Part shown: positions 1 to 8,288 of the stretch, piece by piece
Numbering within the stretch: position 1 is the first letter of the stretch
How the letters are laid out: every line of letters starts with the position of its first letter
Assembly (NCBI GenBank): GCA_021736185.1
Contig: JAIPGJ010000001.1
Coordinates: 141 to 64,140 of the forward strand
From: Fidelibacterota bacterium
GTDB taxonomy: Bacteria > Fidelibacterota > UBA8477 > JABMPR01
Reading direction: 5' to 3'
DNA length: 64,000 nucleotides
Position numbers and translations under genes: made by a program
The notes under the pieces: generated by a model
What the model was told of the DNA's origin: nothing
The model's database searches: none
Seen by the model: only the letters and a program-made list of their open reading frames with translations

Positions 1-17
1 TGTTTTAAGTGCTAGGG

Positions 18-33
18 TGGCATCCTTTTTGCG
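18..33 (+). promoter_or_regulatory. Candidate sigma54 -24/-12 element (TGGCAT-N5-TTGCG)
   Basis: Sequence 'tggcatcctttttgcg' has GG and GC at the consensus 11-nt spacing for RpoN promoters. It lies about 255 nt upstream of the first cytochrome gene, and a T-run or weak hairpin follows at about 100-170. Confidence 0.3.
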
Positions 34-289
34 GCAATCCAGTGGACTGTTCATCAAACCCAAACTAGAAATGAATTGATTTTTCTCAAGCTTTAGTAAA
101 TCAACCCATAACAGAAAAAGTCTAAGTTACTGACAATCAATCTGTTGCTGGGTTTTTTTTAGAATAAATAGTTGCCGATAAAGACTATTATTATCATCAA
201 GATATTCCAAACCATAGGAATGTTGAGATGGTGTTTCTCAAACGTAGGAAAAAATGAAATTAACAATAGAAGTTAACATGGAGGAAAAA

Positions 290-1354
290 ATGAGTAGAAA
301 AATCAGTTACTTAGCCATTCTGATGATGGCACTGATGGTTATGTTTACAGTGAGTTGTGAGGGCCCAGAGGGTCCTGCTGGTCCTGCTGGTGAAGCTGGT
401 CCTGCTGGTGCTGATGCCCAGGTAACCTGTTTGTCTTGTCACAACGACGCCACAATGCTTGACAACCAGTTTGAAATGGCTCGTTCACAGCATGGACTTG
501 GTGACCTGGCCGTTGATTATGCCGGTGGTCGTGCCTCTTGTTCATATTGCCATTCACACGAAGGATTTGTGGAATGGGCTACTACTGGAGAAAATCCCGG
601 TAACTATACCACCCCATCCCCTTGGCAGTGTTCAACCTGTCATGGTCTGCATACCACCTTTGATGAAACATTTGAAGCGGATACAGACTACGCACTGCGT
701 AAAACCAATGCTGTTACAGCCATTTTTGACGCAACAGTCACCATGGACGTGGATGCCAGCAGTAACCTTTGCGTGAATTGTCACCAGGCTCGTACGAACT
801 ATACTGCTATGATTCAAGAGGGTGGTCTTACAGCTAGAATCACCAGTACCCATGCTGGACCCCATCATGGTCCACAAGCCAATCTGTTGCTAGCCAACAA
901 TGGCTCAAGTGCTGGTACACCTTTCAGCGCCCACCTGGGAGCTGGTTGTGTGGGTTGCCACATGTACGAGACCACTGGCGACGAAGAAATGAACGTCAAT
1001 GGCGGACACACCTTCTGGGCAGCAGCTGAGAAGTGTAACGCCTGTCACGAAGGCCCAGATGTTGTTTTCGATGCCAGTCGTGATGCCGAATTCGAGCATG
1101 AACCATACTATGACTACAAAGGTTTCCAGACTGAGATCGCAGAAAAGCTAGAAAACCTCGCTGGTCTCCTACTTGCAGCTGGTGTTTTTGACAGTACGCA
1201 TACTGTTGTTCCTGGAACTTATTCCATAGCACAATATAATGCTTTCTGGAATTATACATATATTGCTGAAGACCGGAGCCATGGTGTTCACAGTCCTTAT
1301 TACGCCGAGGAATTGCTGAACTCAGCTATCACCGGTTTGGGCGGCACACCATAA
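290..1354 (+). CDS. Lipoprotein hexaheme c-type cytochrome with a collagen-like G-X-Y linker
   Basis: The ORF track gives 254..1354. The preferred start is ATG 290, which follows GGAGG at 281-285. Signal peptide plus lipobox (FTVSC). Six CxxCH motifs: CLSCH, CSYCH, CSTCH, CVNCH, CVGCH, CNACH. GPEGPAGPAGEAGPAG repeat sits immediately after the lipobox Cys. Confidence 0.85.
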   Translation: MSRKISYLAILMMALMVMFTVSCEGPEGPAGPAGEAGPAGADAQVTCLSCHNDATMLDNQFEMARSQHGLGDLAVDYAGGRASCSYCHSHEGFVEWATTGENPGNYTTPSPWQCSTCHGLHTTFDETFEADTDYALRKTNAVTAIFDATVTMDVDASSNLCVNCHQARTNYTAMIQEGGLTARITSTHAGPHHGPQANLLLANNGSSAGTPFSAHLGAGCVGCHMYETTGDEEMNVNGGHTFWAAAEKCNACHEGPDVVFDASRDAEFEHEPYYDYKGFQTEIAEKLENLAGLLLAAGVFDSTHTVVPGTYSIAQYNAFWNYTYIAEDRSHGVHSPYYAEELLNSAITGLGGTP

Positions 1355-1370
1355 GCTCAATTCTTATCTG

Positions 1371-1401
1371 AAAAAAACCCCACTTCGGTGGGGTTTTTTT
1401 T
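1371..1401 (+). terminator. Rho-independent terminator
   Basis: aaaaaaaCCCCActtcggTGGGGttttttttt: a perfect GC stem, a tetraloop and a long T-run, directly after the stop of the hexaheme cytochrome. Confidence 0.8.
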
Positions 1402-1494
1402 TACTATCCGTCGTGGAAGCTCTGGCTTTGGTCATCGCCGCTGAACAGACATATCAAACCGGTTACAATGCCAAATCTCCTGCATTTAAACCAT

Positions 1495-1522
1495 TTGATT
1501 TTATGCGACACTCGTCTAAAAT
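1495..1522 (+). promoter_or_regulatory. Sigma70-like promoter candidate (TTGATT-N16-TAAAAT)
   Basis: -35 and -10-like hexamers with a 16-nt spacer, about 40 nt upstream of the ATG at 1564. Confidence 0.35.
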
Positions 1523-1563
1523 TAAGCGTATGTAACCCTGAAACGAAAAATGGATAAATCGCG

Positions 1564-2571
1564 ATGACAAAATCTTTGATTGTCGGCTGTATTGTAGGTC
1601 TAAGCATCCTTCTATCTCCACTGAACTTGATTGCTGCAGATGGAGATGAAATTCCTGAAATTCCTGAAAACATATCACTGGGAGTATTGAAAAACATTTT
1701 TCAACCAGTGAATTTCCCCCATCGCGATCATGCCCACATGTCAGAAATGGGGGCGGGATGTGTGACCTGCCACCATTATGCGGCAGATCAAATTTATGAT
1801 CCCTGTGCTGATTGCCACACCAATGACCCTGAAGATCTGGGCAGCGGTATCCCATCATTGAATGCAGCCTATCATCGCAAGTGTCTGAATTGTCATCGTG
1901 GCTGGAGTGAGACCAATGTTTGTGGTACCTGCCATGTCAAAAGTGATCCATCACCCAGCCCAGCCATGGCATCCACCCAGCCCAAAAAGCCCATCAAGTC
2001 TCCCCAGATGGTAAATTATATAACTCCCAAAGCGGATGGTGGACCACAAGTAAGTTTCCGTCACGCTGAGCATGTCGAGTTGTTTCGATTTGACTGTGCG
2101 GCTTGCCACACAGATGAAAATTGTGTCACCTGTCATGGACCACAACAGGTGCAGGATGTTTTTACCGGGAGTGCTGAAACCCATCATTTCCCCTGCAGCA
2201 AATGCCATGCTGTGAATGACATGCCTGGTTGTGAAAAATGTCACCGACAACAAGCCTCAAACGGTTTCACCCATGACATGACCACATTTCCTTTGAAAGC
2301 CTTCCACGCTTCCCGCAATTGTACGGATTGTCATGATGCCAACACATCAGTGAAAAAACTGGACAAAACCTGTACCCATTGTCACCAGAATTTTCAACTT
2401 GGCAATTTTGACCATGAGGCAACCGGATTGGTTCTGGAATTAGGCCATGAGGAATTTGAATGTTACGAATGTCATGTGGATGAAGATTTTAGTCAACCAC
2501 CATCATGCTACGAATGTCATGAGGATGAACTGAAATTTCCCGATGACCTGCCCGGGACTCGTGTGGATTAA
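1564..2571 (+). CDS. Dodecaheme c-type cytochrome (periplasmic)
   Basis: Signal peptide (MTKSLIVGCIVGLSILLSPLNLIAA). Twelve CxxCH motifs in 335 aa: CVTCH, CADCH, CLNCH, CGTCH, CAACH, CVTCH, CSKCH, CEKCH, CTDCH, CTHCH, CYECH, CYECH. Confidence 0.85.
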   Translation: MTKSLIVGCIVGLSILLSPLNLIAADGDEIPEIPENISLGVLKNIFQPVNFPHRDHAHMSEMGAGCVTCHHYAADQIYDPCADCHTNDPEDLGSGIPSLNAAYHRKCLNCHRGWSETNVCGTCHVKSDPSPSPAMASTQPKKPIKSPQMVNYITPKADGGPQVSFRHAEHVELFRFDCAACHTDENCVTCHGPQQVQDVFTGSAETHHFPCSKCHAVNDMPGCEKCHRQQASNGFTHDMTTFPLKAFHASRNCTDCHDANTSVKKLDKTCTHCHQNFQLGNFDHEATGLVLELGHEEFECYECHVDEDFSQPPSCYECHEDELKFPDDLPGTRVD

Positions 2572-2610
2572 CTTAGAATATTTGAGATTTACACATCATC
2601 AGTGTGAAAA

Positions 2611-2650
2611 ACGGGACCGTCTCAGTACATGAGATGGTTCCGTTTTTTTT
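2611..2650 (+). terminator. Rho-independent terminator
   Basis: cgggaccgtctc/agtacat/gagatggttccg gives a 12-bp stem with two G-U wobble pairs, followed by T8. Confidence 0.75.
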
Positions 2651-2881
2651 AGCCAGGGATCTATCTACGCTCACAGAGCTTCGATAGATAAATTTACACT
2701 CGCCTCTGCTCGTTGAGCTACGTCGGGCAGGCGGATTTTCACTGATAGGGAGAGGTAATGGTTACCCAGGCAGATGCAATTTGGATTGTGTCTTGCTGAG
2801 CTATCCCCATCTCAACCCAACCCCAGTTTACTCTACACCTTTATACCCCTTATACCATTACACCCTTAAACCCTCGACATT

Positions 2882-2913
2882 AAAAAAAGAGACCGCCCTT
2901 TTGGGACAGCCTC
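2882..2913 (-). terminator. Terminator-like hairpin downstream of the minus-strand heptaheme cytochrome
   Basis: A-run, then gagaccgccc-tttt-gggacagcctc. On the minus strand this reads as an imperfect 10-bp stem with G-U wobbles followed by T7. Confidence 0.45.
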
Positions 2914-2922
2914 TATTTCTTA

Positions 2923-3720
2923 TTACAAGTTATGGCAAGCGTAACACAATTTTTCTCTGGGTAGTCTCAGGAAATGCTGATTCTCTTCACTCCCAGCATA
3001 CACCACTGCATCAATCCCCAATGATCCATGGATATAGTGACAGGTGGTGCATTGGATCTCATTTTTCTGAGATAATGGCAGTTTGATATTATAGCGTTTC
3101 TGTGTGCTCTCGTATTGCTTGAGCGTGGCCTTTTTGGAGGCGGGAATATTTTTTCCGTAATGATTTTGTTCATGGGTATGCAAGGCATGACATTTATTGC
3201 AGGTTGACCGCATGTCTCCGTGCAGTTCTGCAGCAATCATGGGGTGATCTGTGGCTGTAGGTTGACGCGAATGACAATGGAGACAGACCGTGCTGTTAAT
3301 ACTGCCATCTTCCCGAAGTTGCTGATGTGGATTCACCTTGGCATAATTCTCAATTGAATGACAGTTATAGCAAAATTCTAATTCCCTGCGGTAGGGTCCT
3401 CCGCGTAAAAAGGCCCGGTTTGATCTGGTTTGTTTGCTAGCTGCTTCATGGCAGGTAAAACAGGTCAAATCAGCTTTTTGGGAAAGGGGGAAATCCTCGG
3501 GGATTGACATCTGGGGACTCTTTGGATTCAGATTAAACATGGGATGAATTAAGGCATTGATACCATCTACAGAGTGACATTCGCTGCAATCCCATTTTTT
3601 GCTGAGTCCTTCAGCATGGGGGTTGGATTTACCAGAGTAAGTGGTAGTTAGTTGTGCTGAAATAGTACTCACACTGAGTACAGAAGCAACAATGAGGGGG
3701 AAGATTTTATATGGCGACAA
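2923..3720 (-). CDS. Heptaheme c-type cytochrome (periplasmic)
   Basis: Signal peptide. Seven CxxCH motifs: CSECH, CFTCH, CYNCH, CLHCH, CNKCH, CTTCH, CYACH. TTG start is preceded by AGGAG at optimal spacing. Confidence 0.8.
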   Translation of the reverse strand: MSPYKIFPLIVASVLSVSTISAQLTTTYSGKSNPHAEGLSKKWDCSECHSVDGINALIHPMFNLNPKSPQMSIPEDFPLSQKADLTCFTCHEAASKQTRSNRAFLRGGPYRRELEFCYNCHSIENYAKVNPHQQLREDGSINSTVCLHCHSRQPTATDHPMIAAELHGDMRSTCNKCHALHTHEQNHYGKNIPASKKATLKQYESTQKRYNIKLPLSQKNEIQCTTCHYIHGSLGIDAVVYAGSEENQHFLRLPREKLCYACHNL

Positions 3721-3885
3721 ACTCGAACTCCTGTATGGCAGGTTAACAAATAGTTTTCTATTGCGAAGGTCCAGACGGAAGAAATATACATGCTCTCAAC
3801 GGGATAACAACTTGGATTGTCTTTTTCAAGCATGGTCATCACCGAGAAACCCGCCTTGGGTGACGAGCGCTTTGGCCATCATGCC

Positions 3886-6183
3886 TCAGGTCATTTTATT
3901 GCTGCCCTTGAGGATGAGCAAAGCTGACCCATAAAGGATCATTGCTACGCCTAATCCTGCCCTGAAACCAAAACTGATGATGATCAAAATAGTTATTGTG
4001 GATCCCAGCACCGAGGCTGCTCCATTGACGGCAAAACTCCAGTCCACCAGTGGACCCACATGTCGGACGCCTTTGGGAAAGGGCATCCCCATAAAGAAAC
4101 CCAGCGGACTGACCACCAGGACGGTTGCCAGGATGCGCATCCCCTGTTCATAGTGACCAAATAGCATAACAAAATATCTAAAAAGGATGATATCAAGAAA
4201 GAGCCAGGCTATAATGGCCAGAAAGACCATATTTGATTCAAATACGGAAGAATAACGACTTCCAATTCCTGAGCTGATGAGCAGCGTGACCAGAATGGCT
4301 GCCACACTGTAGACTGAGGGTCCCACCAACAGGGTATACTGCTGCATAAGAATCAGCTCAACGGACATATAAGCGATACCGATGAGCGCAAAATAGGCGA
4401 AATGTCTGAGAGAAAGATGAGGTCCGGCTCTGAAATAGGGGATCAGGGTGATGGGGAAGATCAGCAATAGAACCACCAGGATGATGATCAGTACAATCAA
4501 TTTTGTCAGGGGGAAGCCTCTGAACTCATAGGGCAGCAATTGAGCTTCCCTGTCAAAGCTCAAATTTTTCCATAGCCCCATTTGAGCAGCAAAGGGTCGA
4601 TTGTCACTGTTGGGAGAAATATCTACGGCCAGAGAATCTGCCACTTCTTGCCAACCCTGTTCCACGATTCTCTCGTAGATATTATCCTTAAGAGAGTCTA
4701 CAGCTGGATAGACGAGATGAACATCCTGAAAATTCTCGCTGCTGATGTCCCGCAGGGCAATCTGTAAGAAATCAGTTTCCAGGGGTCGTTTTGACAGTAA
4801 TAAAACCTTCCGACGCATGCTGGGCAAATTGTACACGGCAATATGAGATTTGGGATGCTCAACTCCAAGTTTATCCAAGGCTAGGAGTGCTTCGCTCACC
4901 AGTCGGGGCATATAAAACTGATGTTCCATCATGAGGAATCCCGAATCAGAAAGAGCGATCCAGTAATCCTGGAAGGCTTCCGTGGTGAAGAGGTAGTTTT
5001 CAGCCAAAGCAAATGACCCGGAGGCCAGAGCCGCAAAGGTGTTGGAGCTTAAGGAGTAAATCACATCAAAACGGGAGGAGTGCCGACGAATAAAGGCCCG
5101 GGCATCTTCAGAGATCACCGTCACTCGTGGATCATGATAAAATTGGCTGGTGTAGGTCGGTAATGTCACCAATTCTGACTGAAGCGTATCAGTATAGGAT
5201 CTCAGATAACCCTCAGGATCGCCCTCTAGAAGCATTTTGTTGAACCAGGGGTTGACCTCTACCGCATAAACCTCAGTCGCTCCCTGGGCCAGGGCCTGTA
5301 GAACATCAGCACCACCACCAGCCCCCAGAGAGAGGAAGTGGCAGGATTCGAATTGTCGAATCAAATCACCTGCCGGGATGCCCCACAGATCCTCTGCACC
5401 ACTATCGGGCAGTGAAAAATCACCATCGAATTTATAGACTGGGGTATTGGCAGCATTGTCGATGACCATGCCACGGGCTTCATCACCAGGATAGGCAAAC
5501 ATCTTGACCTGTGCCATGGCATCCCAGTGTTGATAAATGCTGGGGAGACGTTCGGGTTTGCTTGACTTAAGCAGGATGTGACCGAAGTAACTGGTCCCCA
5601 TGGCCAGCAGAATCAATACACCGGGAAGCAGCTTCCATAATTTAGGGCTATTGATCAAGGCGGCGATAAAGATGGGAATACTGATTAAGAAGCTGGCAAC
5701 AGGGGTGCTGAAAACATTCATGGCCAGGATGGCACCAATCACTCCAAGGCCAGCACCTAGAAGATCAGCCATATAGAGTTGGGATATGTTGGAATGAAAG
5801 CGTTTAAAGAGGATGGCCAGAGCAATGCCACTGAAATAGAAGCTGGAGCTGAGAATAATAATGACCAGTATGAGTTTGCCTAACATGGCCCAGCTGCCAG
5901 CCAGGGCTGAGAAACTCATCCCCAGACGATAGACCAGAGGGGGACCCACCAGGATCATGATGCCACCCACAAGCAGGCTGTTGCGCAGGCTGCCCAGGCT
6001 GTCTACTTTTGGGAAAAGCCGCAGGGTGAGGCCTCCAAGACCCAGACCGAGAATGGCCAGGGAGAGTACCAGAAAGGCGAAGGTATAAAAGAATTCCGCT
6101 GCCAGAATTCGTGTCCAGATGAGCTCAAGCGATAATAGTGAAAATGATAAAAGCGCGATGGTGTAGCTATGTTTGCGATCCAT
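3886..6183 (-). CDS. Polytopic membrane protein with a central spermidine-synthase/methyltransferase-fold domain
   Basis: N-terminal and C-terminal multi-TM blocks flank a soluble domain carrying the SpdS-like motif LSLGAGGGADVLQALAQGATEVYAVEVNP. The ORF track starts at TTG 6201. ATG 6183 (MDRKHSY...) is preceded by GAGGGG. Confidence 0.75.
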   Translation of the reverse strand: MDRKHSYTIALLSFSLLSLELIWTRILAAEFFYTFAFLVLSLAILGLGLGGLTLRLFPKVDSLGSLRNSLLVGGIMILVGPPLVYRLGMSFSALAGSWAMLGKLILVIIILSSSFYFSGIALAILFKRFHSNISQLYMADLLGAGLGVIGAILAMNVFSTPVASFLISIPIFIAALINSPKLWKLLPGVLILLAMGTSYFGHILLKSSKPERLPSIYQHWDAMAQVKMFAYPGDEARGMVIDNAANTPVYKFDGDFSLPDSGAEDLWGIPAGDLIRQFESCHFLSLGAGGGADVLQALAQGATEVYAVEVNPWFNKMLLEGDPEGYLRSYTDTLQSELVTLPTYTSQFYHDPRVTVISEDARAFIRRHSSRFDVIYSLSSNTFAALASGSFALAENYLFTTEAFQDYWIALSDSGFLMMEHQFYMPRLVSEALLALDKLGVEHPKSHIAVYNLPSMRRKVLLLSKRPLETDFLQIALRDISSENFQDVHLVYPAVDSLKDNIYERIVEQGWQEVADSLAVDISPNSDNRPFAAQMGLWKNLSFDREAQLLPYEFRGFPLTKLIVLIIILVVLLLIFPITLIPYFRAGPHLSLRHFAYFALIGIAYMSVELILMQQYTLLVGPSVYSVAAILVTLLISSGIGSRYSSVFESNMVFLAIIAWLFLDIILFRYFVMLFGHYEQGMRILATVLVVSPLGFFMGMPFPKGVRHVGPLVDWSFAVNGAASVLGSTITILIIISFGFRAGLGVAMILYGSALLILKGSNKMT

Positions 6184-6386
6184 ATTCCCCTCAGACGTCA
6201 AGTTTTCTTATTCAGTGATGGTGGTGGTCAATTGCGGCTGTTTTCCCAGAACCAGTATTGGATTGAAATTATAAATGCCAGGGAATAATGGGCAGTTGGA
6301 TCGGTAAAAGGCGCCAATATTCTGTGGATGGCTTGGCCCGACTGTCTTGTGTCAATGAGACCGGATGAGGGTTGAATAGTTGGGAT

Positions 6387-6812
6387 CTAGAGAATCTGAA
6401 TACAATCCTTCCACCATTTTTCGGCTTTGTAATTTTCCAGAATAATGGCATTAATGATGCAATTTGCATCGGCGATGGCATTGATTATCTCCACTTCTCT
6501 AAAATTGATACCCATTTCCACCCACAGCAGATCAAAGTTCTCTTCACTCATGTTGGCCACCGCCGCCGCTGCGGTAAAGGCATAGGCCAGATCCGAGCCA
6601 CTTTGAGTACGGCGTCCCATAATCTTTATTTTCAATGTGTGTCCCAGCTCGGGATGCTCGAATACATCAACGCTGACAAGTTCCGGACCGCCGCGATTCA
6701 GCTTAAAATATTGCCCGATACAATGGGGAATTTTAACATCCTGAAGGTGGGCTGAAAGCAGCCAGGGAATGAAGAAAATGCTCAGGAATAAATGTCGATT
6801 TTTGATATTCAA
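6387..6812 (-). CDS. Small secreted protein, paralog 1 (unknown family)
   Basis: Signal peptide. Shares a core with the next gene: TLKIKI..RR.QSG.DLA.AF.AAAAVANM, plus a C-terminal E/KKWW.DC motif. Confidence 0.6.
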   Translation of the reverse strand: MNIKNRHLFLSIFFIPWLLSAHLQDVKIPHCIGQYFKLNRGGPELVSVDVFEHPELGHTLKIKIMGRRTQSGSDLAYAFTAAAAVANMSEENFDLLWVEMGINFREVEIINAIADANCIINAIILENYKAEKWWKDCIQIL

Positions 6813-6878
6813 GTGCCCCCTTGAAACGTCAGCTCAAATGATGCGAGATAGTTTATACCCGGCTAGTTTATCTGAGCT

Positions 6879-7298
6879 CTATGGAAATTGCAGACAATCC
6901 TGCCACCATTTTTCGGTTTCGCAGTTTCCAAAAATAAGAGCATCTATGGTGCAATTTGCCGGCGCCAGTGCCAGGGTCGTTTCCGAACCTTTAAAATTAA
7001 CATCCATTTCTACCCACAGCAACTCAAAGGGCCTATCCGCCATATTAGCTACGGCAGCAGCTGCCGCAAAAGCAAACGCCAAATCTTTTCCACTCTGATT
7101 ACGTCGGGCAATAATTTTTATTTTCAGCGTCCGTCCAGACTGGTGATGATTGACTACTTCAACGGAAACAAGGTCGGGACCTGTACGGCACATTTGAAAA
7201 TATTTTTCTACTGTACTGGGGATTTTTACATCAGGAATTTGAGCCAAAACGAGCACAGGGAATAAAATAATTATCGTGAGCAATCCGCGTGAATTCAT
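6879..7298 (-). CDS. Small secreted protein, paralog 2 (tandem duplicate of 6387..6812)
   Basis: About 45% identical to its neighbour over the whole length. The preferred start MNSRGLLTIIILFPVLVLAQ sits behind a GGGGGT ribosome-binding site. Confidence 0.6.
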   Translation of the reverse strand: MNSRGLLTIIILFPVLVLAQIPDVKIPSTVEKYFQMCRTGPDLVSVEVVNHHQSGRTLKIKIIARRNQSGKDLAFAFAAAAAVANMADRPFELLWVEMDVNFKGSETTLALAPANCTIDALIFGNCETEKWWQDCLQFP

Positions 7299-7817
7299 AA
7301 AAAGTACCCCCAAATCAGATCTGAGTAATTCTAAATAAAAATTTAACAATTTTACGACTGATGAACAGGCATTTACAAGTCAATTGTTTTTAGCGATTTA
7401 TTAGGACTGATTTTAATCTGCAGAATTTCAGCTCTCAAAGGTTGAATGACACCTGCCTCCCCAAAAATATGAATCGATTCAGCTCCTGGGTCAAAATTCA
7501 AATGGTGGCAGTCAGATACGACAGGAGGTTGCGTGCGGCTATCCTCTATCTTGTGAATTCAATATAAGTTTTGTGTGTATTGACTCGTATCGGAATCGTT
7601 CAGTGGTTGTTGAATGGGTCAAAAGGGAGCTTGCAAGATAGAAAAAGAGTCAAGAAATATTCCCGCAACCATTGATCATCTGGAGTTGAAAACGAAAAGA
7701 GATAATCCATTGTAAAATTTGTTGAAAATCGTATAATTATTTATCATCAACAAATAACAGATTCGGGGGAAATATGGAGCTAAAAACACTCTGGAGCAGT
7801 TTATCCGCAGGATAACT

Positions 7818-8203
7818 GTGATCATCTCACTGTTCACCCTCGGGATGATACTAGGACTTTTTCTCAAAAATAATCAACTCCTGCGCCGAGATGTTGAATC
7901 CAGGGCCAAGTCCAACTTTGCTAACATTCTACTCACCAGGAGGTGGAATGCTAATTATCATGGAGTGTATGTTGAGAAAACGGAAGGAGTTTTATCAAAT
8001 CTCTACCGGAAGAATCCAGATATTACTGGCTCGGATGGAACCGTATATACTCAAAAAATCCGGCCCTGATGACCCGGGAAAATTCAGAACTTGCAAAATG
8101 TGAAGATGAAACGGTGATAGTCAAATATGCTGATCAAGCCCTTTACGCTGCCAAGGGAAAAGGTAGAAATCAGGTTCAGATATACAGGCCAAAATCTACC
8201 TAG
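7818..8203 (+). pseudogene. Degenerate remnant of a sensor diguanylate cyclase (GGDEF) gene
   Basis: Three consecutive short ORFs in shifting frames. The last (8069..8203, 44 aa) encodes ...CEDETVIVKYADQALYAAKGKGRNQVQIY, the characteristic C-terminal ADxALYxAKxxGRNxV tail of GGDEF domains. The first has one TM helix. The GGEEF core is absent. Confidence 0.4.
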
Positions 8204-8288
8204 TATTAATTGGATCAGAATTTGTATATTTCAGAAGATGATTTGAAAAAGATCTAATAAAAATTTTTGATTAGTTAGAGGGGTACAT

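Noticed and set aside
2781-3086. A 101-aa plus-strand ORF in the convergent spacer.
   Set aside because: It overlaps the 3' end of the minus-strand heptaheme cytochrome, has no ribosome-binding site, and has proline/threonine-rich low-complexity translation.
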